64,000 nucleotides of DNA from Auanema rhodensis (taxonomy: Eukaryota > Animalia > Nematoda): NCBI GenBank assembly GCA_964057225.1, contig OZ059899.1, forward strand, positions 3,100,001-3,164,000, in the 5' to 3' direction. Made by a program: the position numbers and the translations under genes. Under the pieces are notes generated by a model. The model made no database searches, had not been told where the DNA came from, and was given only the letters and a program-made list of their open reading frames with translations. This document shows positions 1 through 10,881 of this stretch, in pieces. Every line of letters begins with the position of its first letter. Within the stretch, counting starts at the first letter, position 1.

Positions 1-11
1 ATTCGATGCGG

Positions 12-62
12 ATTTTTAAGCTGCGTCGATCTGTGTTATCAGATTTGCGCTAGCTTAAAAAT
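12..62. repeat. Intra-monomer inverted repeat 1 (present in every monomer)
   Basis: ATTTTTAAGCT (12-22) / AGCTTAAAAAT (52-62) is a perfect 11-bp pair, continued inward by GCG/CGC and ATCTG (29-33) / CAGAT (40-44) around a 6-nt loop. Confidence 0.9.
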
Positions 63-79
63 GCACCGAGATATCAACT

Positions 80-101
80 GATATAAGTTTACACTTATAT
101 C
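80..101. repeat. Intra-monomer inverted repeat 2
   Basis: GATATAAGT (80-88) / ACTTATATC (93-101), perfect 9 bp with a 4-nt loop; overlaps ATATCA (71-76) / TGATAT (79-84). Confidence 0.9.
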
Positions 102-175
102 CTCGATTTTCACCCTGAAGAATTAATTTTTTCGTTGAATAACATTGTCCATCGTCTTTGCCTTGAAAAAAGGAA

Positions 176-247
176 TCTAAAAACATCTACTTTTTGCTAA
201 ATTATTTTGAAATTTTTCGAAAAAATTTTTGTCAAAATGTTTTTGGA
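176..247. repeat. Intra-monomer nested inverted repeat 3 in the A/T-tract segment
   Basis: Palindrome TTTTTCGAAAAA (213-224); ATTTTGA (204-210) / TCAAAAT (232-238); TCTAAAAACAT (176-186) / ATGTTTTTGGA (237-247) match at 10 of 11. Confidence 0.8.
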
Positions 248-251
248 AGCA

Positions 252-279
252 ATGTTGAGTGTACATGGAAACTCAACAT
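252..279. repeat. Intra-monomer inverted repeat 4
   Basis: ATGTTGAGT (252-260) / ACTCAACAT (271-279), perfect 9 bp with a 10-nt loop. Confidence 0.9.
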
Positions 280-3159
280 ACACTAATGCATCATTTTTCA
301 AACGATCATAACTAATTTTTGTATTAAGCGTTCTTCCATGTAGTATAGTGCATTCGATGCGGATTTTTAAGCTGCGTCGATCTGTGTTATCAGATTTGCG
401 CTAGCTTAAAAATGTACCGAGATATCAACTGATATAAGTTCACACTTATATCCTCGATTTTCACCCTGAAGAATTAATTTTTTCGTTGAATAACATTGTC
501 CATCGTCTTTGCCTTAAAAAAAGGAATCTAAAAACATCTACTTTTTGCTAAATTATTTTGAAATTTTTCGAAAAAATTTTTGTCAAAATGTTTTTGGAAG
601 CAATGTTGAGTGTACATGGAAACTCAACATACACTAATGCATCATTTTTCGAACGATCATAACTAATTTTTGTATTAAGCGTTTCTCAATGTAGTATAGT
701 GCATTCGATGCGGATTTTTAAGCTACGTCGATCTGTGTTATCATATTTGCGCTAGCTTAAAAATGCACCGAGATATCAACTGATATAAGTTTACACTTAT
801 ATCCTCGATTTTCACCCTGAAGAATTAATTTTTTCGTTGAATAACATTGTCCATCGTCTTTGCCTTGAAAAAAGGAATCTAAAAACATCTACTTTTTGCT
901 AAATTATTTTGAAATTTTTCGAAAAAATTTTTGTCAAAATGTTTTTGGAAGCAATGTTGAGTGTACATGGAAACTCAACATACACTAATGCATCATTTTT
1001 CAAACGATCATAACTAATTTTTGTATCAAGCGTTTTTCAATGTAGTATAGTGCATTCGATGCGGATTTTTAAGCTGCGTCGATCTGTGTTATCAGATTTG
1101 CGCTAGCTTAAAAATGCACCGAGATATCAACTGATATAAGTTTACACTTATATCCTCGATTTTCACCCTGAAGAATTAATTTTTTCGTTGAATAACATTG
1201 TCCATCGTCTTTGCCTTGAAAAAAGGAATCTAAAAACATCTACTTTTTGCTAAATTATTTTGAAATTTTTCGAAAAAATTTTTGTCAAAATGTTTTTGGA
1301 AGCAATGTTGAGTGTAAATGGAAACTCAACATACACTAATGCATCATTTTTCAAACGATCATAACTAATTTTTGTATTAAGCGTTTCTCAATGTAGTATA
1401 GTGCATTCGATGCGGATTTTTAAGCTGCGTCGATCTGTGTTATCAAATTTGCGCTAGCTTAAAAATGTACCGAGATATCAACTGATATAAGTTCACACTT
1501 ATATCCTCGATTTTCACCCTGAAGAATTAATTTTTTCGTTAAATAACATTGTCCATCGTCTTTGCCTTGAAAAAAGGAATCTAAAAACATCTACTTTTTG
1601 CTAAATTATTTTGAAATTTTTCGAAAAAATTTTTGTCAAAATGTTTTTGGAAGCAATGTTGAGTGTACATGGAAACTCAACATACACTAATGCATCATTT
1701 TTCAAACGATCATAACTAATTTTTGTATTAAGCGTTCTTCCATGTAGTATAGTGCATTCGATGCGGATTTTTAAGCTGCGTCGATCTGTGTTATCAGATT
1801 TGCGCTAGCTTAAAAATGTACCGAGATATCAACTGATATAAGTTCACACTTATATCCTCGATTTTCACCCTGAAGAATTAATTTTTTCGTTGAATAACAT
1901 TGTCCATCGTCTTTGCCTTAAAAAAAGGAATCTAAAAACATCTACTTTTTGCTAAATTATTTTGAAATTTTTCGAAAAAATTTTTGTCAAAATGTTTTTG
2001 GAAGCAATGTTGAGTGTACATGGAAACTCAACATACACTAATGCATCATTTTTCGAACGATCATAACTAATTTTTGTATTAAGCGTTTCTCAATGTAGTA
2101 TAGTGCATTCGATGCGGATTTTTAAGCTACGTCGATCTGTGTTATCAGATTTGCGCTAGCTTAAAAATGCACCGAGATATCAACTGATATAAGTTTACAC
2201 TTATATCCTCGATTTTCACCCTGAAGAATTAATTTTTTCGTTGAATAACATTGTCCATCGTCTTTGCCTTGAAAAAAGGAATCTAAAAACATCTACTTTT
2301 TGCTAAATTATTTTGAAATTTTTTGAAAAAATTTTTGTCAAAATGTTTTTGGAAGCAATGTTGAGTGTACATGGAAACTCAACATACACTAATGCATCAT
2401 TTTTCAAACGATCATAACTAATTTTTGTATTAAGCGTTTCTCAATGTAGTATAGTGCATTCGATGCGGATTTTTAAGCTGCGTCGATCTGTGTTATCAGA
2501 TTTGCGCTAGCTTAAAAATGCACCGAGATATCAACTGATATAAGTTTACACTTATATCCTCGATTTTCACCCTGAAGAATTAATTTTTTCGTTGAATAAC
2601 ATTGTCCATCGTCTTTGCCTTGAAAAAAGGAATCTAAAAACATCTACTTTTTGCTAAATTATTTTGAAATTTTTCGAAAAAATTTTTGTCAAAATGTTTT
2701 TGGAAGCAATGTTGAGTGTACATGGAAACTCAACATACACTAATGCATCATTTTTCAAACGATCATAACTAATTTTTGTATTAAGCGTTTCTCAATGTAG
2801 TATAGTGCATTCGATGCGGATTTTTAAGCTGTGTCGATCTGTGTTATCAGATTTGCGCTAGCTTAAAAATGCACCGAGATATCAACTGATATAAGTTTAC
2901 ACTTATATCCTCGATTTTCACCCTGAAGAATTAATTTTTTCGTTGAATAACATTGTCCATCGTCTTTGCCTTGAAAAAAGGAATCTAAAAACATCTACTT
3001 TTTGCTAAATTATTTTGAAATTTTTCGAAAAAATTTTTGTCAAAATGTTTTTGGAAGCAATGTTGAGTGTACATGGAAACTCAACATACACTAATGCATC
3101 ATTTTTCAAACGATCATAACTAATTTTTGTATTAAGCGTTTCTCAATGTAGTATAGTGC

Positions 3160-6100
3160 ATTCGATGCGGATTTTTAAGCTGCGTCGATCTGTGTTATCA
3201 GATTTGCGCTAGCTTAAAAATGCACCGAGATATCAACTGATATAAGTTCACACTTATATCCTCGATTTTCACCCTAAAGAATTAAATTTTTCGTTAAATA
3301 ACATTGTCCATCGTCTTTGCCTTGAAAAAAGAAATCTAAAAACATCTACTTTTTGCTAAATTATTTTGAAATTTTTCGAAAAAATTTTTGTCAAAATGTT
3401 TTTGGAAGCAATGTTGAGTGTACATGGAAACTCAACATACACTAATGCATCATTTTTCAAACGATCATAACTAATTTTTGTATTAAGCGTTCTTCCATGT
3501 AGTATAGTGCATTCGATGCGGATTTTTAAGCTGCGTCGATCTGTGTTATCAGATTTGCGCTAGCTTAAAAATGTACCGAGATATCAACTGATATAAGTTC
3601 ACACTTATATCCTCGATTTTCACCCTGAAGAATTAATTTTTTCGTTGAATAACATTGTCCATCGTCTTTGCCTTAAAAAAAGGAATCTAAAAACATCTAC
3701 TTTTTGCTAAATTATTTTGAAATTTTTCGAAAAAATTTTTGTCAAAATGTTTTTGGAAGCAATGTTGAGTGTACATGGAAACTCAACATACACTAATGCA
3801 TCATTTTTCGAACGATCATAACTAATTTTTGTATTAAGCGTTTCTCAATGTAGTATAGTGCATTCGATGCGGATTTTTAAGCTACGTCGATCTGTGTTAT
3901 CAGATTTGCGCTAGCTTAAAAATGCACCGAGATATCAACTGATATAAGTTTACACTTATATCCTCGATTTTCACCCTGAAGAATTAATTTTTTCGTTGAA
4001 TAACATTGTCCATCGTCTTTGCCTTGAAAAAAGGAATCTAAAAACATCTACTTTTTGCTAAATTATTTTGAAATTTTTTGAAAAAATTTTTGTCAAAATG
4101 TTTTTGGAAGCAATGTTGAGTGTACATGGAAACTCAACATACACTAATGCATCATTTTTCAAACGATCATAACTAATTTTTGTATTAAGCGTTTCTCAAT
4201 GTAGTATAGTGCATTCGATGCGGATTTTTAAGCTGCGTCGATCTGTGTTATCAGATTTGCGCTAGCTTAAAAATGCACCGAGATATCAACTGATATAAGT
4301 TTACACTTATATCCTCGATTTTCACCCTGAAGAATTAATTTTTTCGTTGAATAACATTGTCCATCGTCTTTGCCTTGAAAAAAGGAATCTAAAAACATCT
4401 ACTTTTTGCTAAATTATTTTGAAATTTTTCGAAAAAATTTTTGTCAAAATGTTTTTGGAAGCAATGTTGAGTGTACATGGAAACTCAACATACACTAATG
4501 CATCATTTTTCAAACGATCATAACTAATTTTTGTATTAAGCGTTTCTCAATGTAGTATAGTGCATTCGATGCGGATTTTTAAGCTGCGTCGATCTGTGTT
4601 ATCAGATTTGCGCTAGCTTAAAAATGCACCGAGATATCAACTGATATAAGTTTACACTTATATCCTCGATTTTCACCCTGAAGAATTAATTTTTTCGTTG
4701 AATAACATTGTCCATCGTCTTTGCCTTGAAAAAAGGAATCTAAAAACATCTACTTTTTGCTAAATTATTTTGAAATTTTTCGAAAAAATTTTTGTCAAAA
4801 TGTTTTTGGAAGCAATGTTGAGTGTACATGGAAACTCAACATACACTAATGCATCATTTTTCAAACGATCATAACTAATTTTTGTATTAAGCGTTTCTCA
4901 ATGTAGTATAGTGCATTCGATGCGGATTTTTAAGCTGCGTCGATCTGTGTTATCAGATTTGCGCTAGCTTAAAAATGCACCGAGATATCAACTGATATAA
5001 GTTCACACTTATATCCTCGATTTTCACCCTAAAGAATTAATTTTTTCGTTAAATAACATTGTCCATCGTCTTTGCCTTGAAAAAAGAAATCTAAAAACAT
5101 CTACTTTTTGCTAAATTATTTTGAAATTTTTCGAAAAAATTTTTGTCAAAATGTTTTTGGAAGCAATGTTGAGTGTACATGGAAACTCAACATACACTAA
5201 TGCATCATTTTTCAAACGATCATAACTAATTTTTGTATTAAGCGTTCTTCCATGTAGTATAGTGCATTCGATGCGGATTTTTAAGCTGCGTCGATCTGTG
5301 TTATCAGATTTGCGCTAGCTTAAAAATGTACCGAGATATCAACTGATATAAGTTCACACTTATATCCTCGATTTTCACCCTGAAGAATTAATTTTTTCGT
5401 TAAATAACATTGTCCATCGTCTTTGCCTTGAAAAAAGGAATCTAAAAACATCTACTTTTTGCTAAATTATTTTGAAATTTTTCGAAAAAATTTTTGTCAA
5501 AATGTTTTTGGAAGCAATGTTGAGTGTACATGAAAACTCAACATACACTAATGCATCATTTTTCAAACGATCATAACTAATTTTTGTATTAAGCGTTTCT
5601 CAATGTAGTATAGTGCATTCGATGCGGATTTTTAAGCTGCGTCGATCTGTGTTATCAGATTTGCGCTAGCTTAAAAATGCACCGAGATATCAACTGATAT
5701 AAGTTCACACTTATATCCTCGATTTTCACCCTGAAGAATTAATTTTTTCGTTGAATAACATTGTCCATCGTTTTTGCCTTGAAAAAAGGAATCTAAAAAC
5801 ATCTACTTTTTGCTAAATTATTTTGAAATTTTTCGAAAAAATTTTTGTCAAAATGTTTTTGGAAGCAATGTTGAGTGTACATGGAAACTCAACATACACT
5901 AATGCATCATTTTTCAAACGATCATAACTAATTTTTGTATTAAGCGTTTCTCAATGTAGTATAGTGCATTCGATGCGGATTTTTAAGCTGCGTCGATCTG
6001 TGTTATCAGATTTGCGCTAGCTTAAAAATGCACCGAGATATCAACTGATATAAGTTCACACTTATATCCTCGATTTTCACCCTGAAGAATTAATTTTTTC

Positions 6101-9100
6101 GTTGAATAACATTGTCCATCGTTTTTGCCTTGAAAAAAGGAATCTAAAAACATCTACTTTTTGCTAAATTATTTTGAAATTTTTCGAAAAAATTTTTGTC
6201 AAAATGTTTTTGGAAGCAATGTTGAGTGTACATGGAAACTCAACATACACTAATGCATCATTTTTCAAACGATCATAACTAATTTTTGTATTAAGCGTTT
6301 CTCAATGTAGTATAGTGCATTCGATGCGGATTTTTAAGCTGCGTCGATCTGTGTTATCAGATTTGCGCTAGCTTAAAAATGCACCGAGATATCAACTGAT
6401 ATAAGTTCACACTTATATCCTTGATTTTCACCCTGAAGAAATAATTTTTTCGTTGAATAACATTGTCCATCGTCTTTGCCTTGAAAAAAGGAATCTAAAA
6501 ACATCTACTTTTTGCTAAATTATTTTGAAATTTTTCGAAAAAATTTTTGTCAAAATGTTTTTGGAAGCAATGTTGAGTGTACATGGAAACTCAACATACA
6601 CTAATGCATCATTTTTCAAACGATCATAACTAACTTTTGTATTAAGCGTTCTTCCATGTAGTATAGTGCATTCGATGCGGATTTTTAAGCTGCGTCGATC
6701 TGTGTTATCAGATTTGCGCTAGCTTAAAAATGTACCGAGATATCAACTGATATAAGTTCACACTTATATCCTCGATTTTCACCCTGAAGAATTAATTTTT
6801 TCGTTAAATAACATTGTCCATCGTCTTTGCCTTGAAAAAAGGAATCTAAAAACATCTACTTTTTGCTAAATTATTTTGAAATTTTTCGAAAAAATTTTTG
6901 TCAAAATGTTTTTGGAAGCAATGTTGAGTGTACATGAAAACTCAACATACACTAATGCATCATTTTTCAAACGATCATAACTAATTTTTGTATTAAGCTT
7001 TTCTCAATGTAGTATAGTGCATTCGATGCGGATTTTTAAGCTGCGTCGATCTGTGTTATCAGATTTGCGCTAGCTTAAAAATGCACCGAGATATCAACTG
7101 ATATAAGTTCACACTTATATCCTCGATTTTCACCCTAAAGAATTAAATTTTTCGTTAAATAACATTGTCCATCGTCTTTGCCTTGAAAAAAGAAATCTAA
7201 AAACATCTACTTTTTGCTAAATTATTTTGAAATTTTTCGAAAAAATTTTTGTCAAAATGTTTTTGGAAGCAATGTTGAGTGTACATGGAAACTCAACATA
7301 CACTAATGCATCATTTTTCAAACGATCATAACTAATTTTTGTATTAAGCGTTCTTCCATGTAGTATAGTGCATTCGATGCGGATTTTTAAGCTGCGTCGA
7401 TCTGTGTTATCAGATTTGCGCTAGCTTAAAAATGTACCGAGATATCAACTGATATAAGTTCACACTTATATCCTCGATTTTCACCCTGAAGAATTAATTT
7501 TTTCGTTGAATAACATTGTCCATCGTCTTTGCCTTAAAAAAAGGAATCTAAAAACATCTACTTTTTGCTAAATTATTTTGAAATTTTTCGAAAAAATTTT
7601 TGTCAAAATGTTTTTGGAAGCAATGTTGAGTGTACATGGAAACTCAACATACACTAATGCATCATTTTTCGAACGATCATAACTAATTTTTGTATTAAGC
7701 GTTTCTCAATGTAGTATAGTGCATTCGATGCGGATTTTTAAGCTACGTCGATCTGTGTTATCAGATTTGCGCTAGCTTAAAAATGCACCGAGATATCAAC
7801 TGATATAAGTTTACACTTATATCCTCGATTTTCACCCTGAAGAATTAATTTTTTCGTTGAATAACATTGTCCATCGTCTTTGCCTTGAAAAAAGGAATCT
7901 AAAAACATCTACTTTTTGCTAAATTATTTTGAAATTTTTTGAAAAAATTTTTGTCAAAATGTTTTTGGAAGCAATGTTGAGTGTACATGGAAACTCAACA
8001 TACACTAATGCATCATTTTTCAAACGATCATAACTAATTTTTGTATTAAGCGTTTCTCAATGTAGTATAGTGCATTCGATGCGGATTTTTAAGCTGCGTC
8101 GATCTGTGTTATCAGATTTGCGCTAGCTTAAAAATGCACCGAGATATCAACTGATATAAGTTTACACTTATATCCTCGATTTTCACCCTGAAGAATTAAT
8201 TTTTTCGTTGAATAACATTGTCCATCGTCTTTGCCTTGAAAAAAGGAATCTAAAAACATCTACTTTTTGCTAAATTATTTTGAAATTTTTCGAAAAAATT
8301 TTTGTCAAAATGTTTTTGGAAGCAATGTTGAGTGTACATGGAAACTCAACATACACTAATGCATCATTTTTCAAACGATCATAACTAATTTTTGTATTAA
8401 GCGTTTCTCAATGTAGTATAGTGCATTCGATGCGGATTTTTAAGCTGCGTCGATCTGTGTTATCAGATTTGCGCTAGCTTAAAAATGCACCGAGATATCA
8501 ACTGATATAAGTTTACACTTATATCCTCGATTTTCACCCTGAAGAATTAATTTTTTCGTTGAATAACATTGTCCATCGTCTTTGCCTTGAAAAAAGGAAT
8601 CTAAAAACATCTACTTTTTGCTAAATTATTTTGAAATTTTTCGAAAAAATTTTTGTCAAAATGTTTTTGGAAGCAATGTTGAGTGTACATGGAAACTCAA
8701 CATACACTAATGCATCATTTTTCAAACGATCATAACTAATTTTTGTATTAAGCGTTTCTCAATGTAGTATAGTGCATTCGATGCGGATTTTTAAGCTGCG
8801 TCGATCTGTGTTATCAGATTTGCGCTAGCTTAAAAATGCACCGAGATATCAACTGATATAAGTTCACACTTATATCCTCGATTTTCACCCTAAAGAATTA
8901 ATTTTTTCGTTAAATAACATTGTCCATCGTCTTTGCCTTGAAAAAAGAAATCTAAAAACATCTACTTTTTGCTAAATTATTTTGAAATTTTTCGAAAAAA
9001 TTTTTGTCAAAATGTTTTTGGAAGCAATGTTGAGTGTACATGGAAACTCAACATACACTAATGCATCATTTTTCAAACGATCATAACTAATTTTTGTATT

Positions 9101-10881
9101 AAGCGTTCTTCCATGTAGTATAGTGCATTCGATGCGGATTTTTAAGCTGCGTCGATCTGTGTTATCAGATTTGCGCTAGCTTAAAAATGTACCGAGATAT
9201 CAACTGATATAAGTTCACACTTATATCCTCGATTTTCACCCTGAAGAATTAATTTTTTCGTTAAATAACATTGTCCATCGTCTTTGCCTTGAAAAAAGGA
9301 ATCTAAAAACATCTACTTTTTGCTAAATTATTTTGAAATTTTTCGAAAAAATTTTTGTCAAAATGTTTTTGGAAGCAATGTTGAGTGTACATGAAAACTC
9401 AACATACACTAATGCATCATTTTTCAAACGATCATAACTAATTTTTGTATTAAGCGTTTCTCAATGTAGTATAGTGCATTCGATGCGGATTTTTAAGCTG
9501 CGTCGATCTGTGTTATCAGATTTGCGCTAGCTTAAAAATGCACCGAGATATCAACTGATATAAGTTCACACTTATATCCTCGATTTTCACCCTGAAGAAT
9601 TAATTTTTTCGTTGAATAACATTGTCCATCGTTTTTGCCTTGAAAAAAGGAATCTAAAAACATCTACTTTTTGCTAAATTATTTTGAAATTTTTCGAAAA
9701 AATTTTTGTCAAAATGTTTTTGGAAGCAATGTTGAGTGTACATGGAAACTCAACATACACTAATGCATCATTTTTCAAACGATCATAACTAATTTTTGTA
9801 TTAAGCGTTTCTCAATGTAGTATAGTGCATTCGATGCGGATTTTTAAGCTGCGTCGATCTGTGTTATCAGATTTGCGCTAGCTTAAAAATGCACCGAGAT
9901 ATCAACTGATATAAGTTCACACTTATATCCTCGATTTTCACCCTGAAGAATTAATTTTTTCGTTGAATAACATTGTCCATCGTTTTTGCCTTGAAAAAAG
10001 GAATCTAAAAACATCTACTTTTTGCTAAATTATTTTGAAATTTTTCGAAAAAATTTTTGTCAAAATGTTTTTGGAAGCAATGTTGAGTGTACATGGAAAC
10101 TCAACATACACTAATGCATCATTTTTCAAACGATCATAACTAATTTTTGTATTAAGCGTTTCTCAATGTAGTATAGTGCATTCGATGCGGATTTTTAAGC
10201 TGCGTCGATCTGTGTTATCAGATTTGCGCTAGCTTAAAAATGCACCGAGATATCAACTGATATAAGTTCACACTTATATCCTTGATTTTCACCCTGAAGA
10301 AATAATTTTTTCGTTGAATAACATTGTCCATCGTCTTTGCCTTGAAAAAAGGAATCTAAAAACATCTACTTTTTGCTAAATTATTTTGAAATTTTTCGAA
10401 AAAATTTTTGTCAAAATGTTTTTGGAAGCAATGTTGAGTGTACATGGAAACTCAACATACACTAATGCATCATTTTTCAAACGATCATAACTAACTTTTG
10501 TATTAAGCGTTCTTCCATGTAGTATAGTGCATTCGATGCGGATTTTTAAGCTGCGTCGATCTGTGTTATCAGATTTGCGCTAGCTTAAAAATGTACCGAG
10601 ATATCAACTGATATAAGTTCACACTTATATCCTCGATTTTCACCCTGAAGAATTAATTTTTTCGTTAAATAACATTGTCCATCGTCTTTGCCTTGAAAAA
10701 AGGAATCTAAAAACATCTACTTTTTGCTAAATTATTTTGAAATTTTTCGAAAAAATTTTTGTCAAAATGTTTTTGGAAGCAATGTTGAGTGTACATGAAA
10801 ACTCAACATACACTAATGCATCATTTTTCAAACGATCATAACTAATTTTTGTATTAAGCTTTTCTCAATGTAGTATAGTGC
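3160..10881. repeat. Higher-order tandem duplication: 11 monomers (3861 bp) x2 (M10-20 = M21-31)
   Basis: Rare markers repeat at a 3861-bp offset: CCTAAAGAATTAAATTTT in M10/M21, C218T in M12/M23, CCTTGAT+TAACTTTT+TTCTTCC in M19/M30, TAAGCTTTTCTC in M20/M31. Confidence 0.9.

Larger units (their letters stand above)
1..351 (+). repeat. Representative satellite monomer (M1), about 31% GC, 12 CpG, single NheI (GCTAGC 49-54), EcoRV (GATATC 70-75), BsrGI (TGTACA 260-265) and NsiI (ATGCAT 287-292) sites
   Basis: Read and counted directly from bases 1-351 (57 C, 53 G). Confidence 0.95.

Noticed and set aside
12-110. Rho-independent terminators, or MITE/Helitron termini, suggested by hairpins near T-runs and CTAG
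   Set aside because: The stems are AT-rich, and there is no upstream gene, target-site duplication or element boundary. The hairpins are better described simply as satellite dyads.
130-146. CENP-B box-like motif TTTCGTTGAATAACATT
   Set aside because: It matches only the 5' half (TTCG....A) and lacks the essential CGGG, so it is not a functional box by the known consensus.
107-200. Hammerhead ribozyme / retrozyme-type repeat (CTGAAGA at 115-121 matches CUGANGA; GAAA at 165-168; monomer size is in the retrozyme range)
   Set aside because: I could not build stems I and II around the core. The nearer candidate reads GAAT, the GAAA at 165-168 is altered in B1 monomers, and CTGAAGA is mutated in several A monomers. 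An Infernal or RNAmotif hammerhead search on both strands of a dimer would settle it.
1-351. Assignment to a known ~350-360-bp satellite family (e.g. Drosophila 1.688 or tenebrionid beetle satellites)
   Set aside because: Only the size, AT-richness and inverted repeats are similar. I do not recognise sequence identity and cannot run a search.
1-351. Internal ~175-bp two-subunit structure of the monomer
   Set aside because: No convincing alignment between the two halves by eye beyond shared A/T runs.
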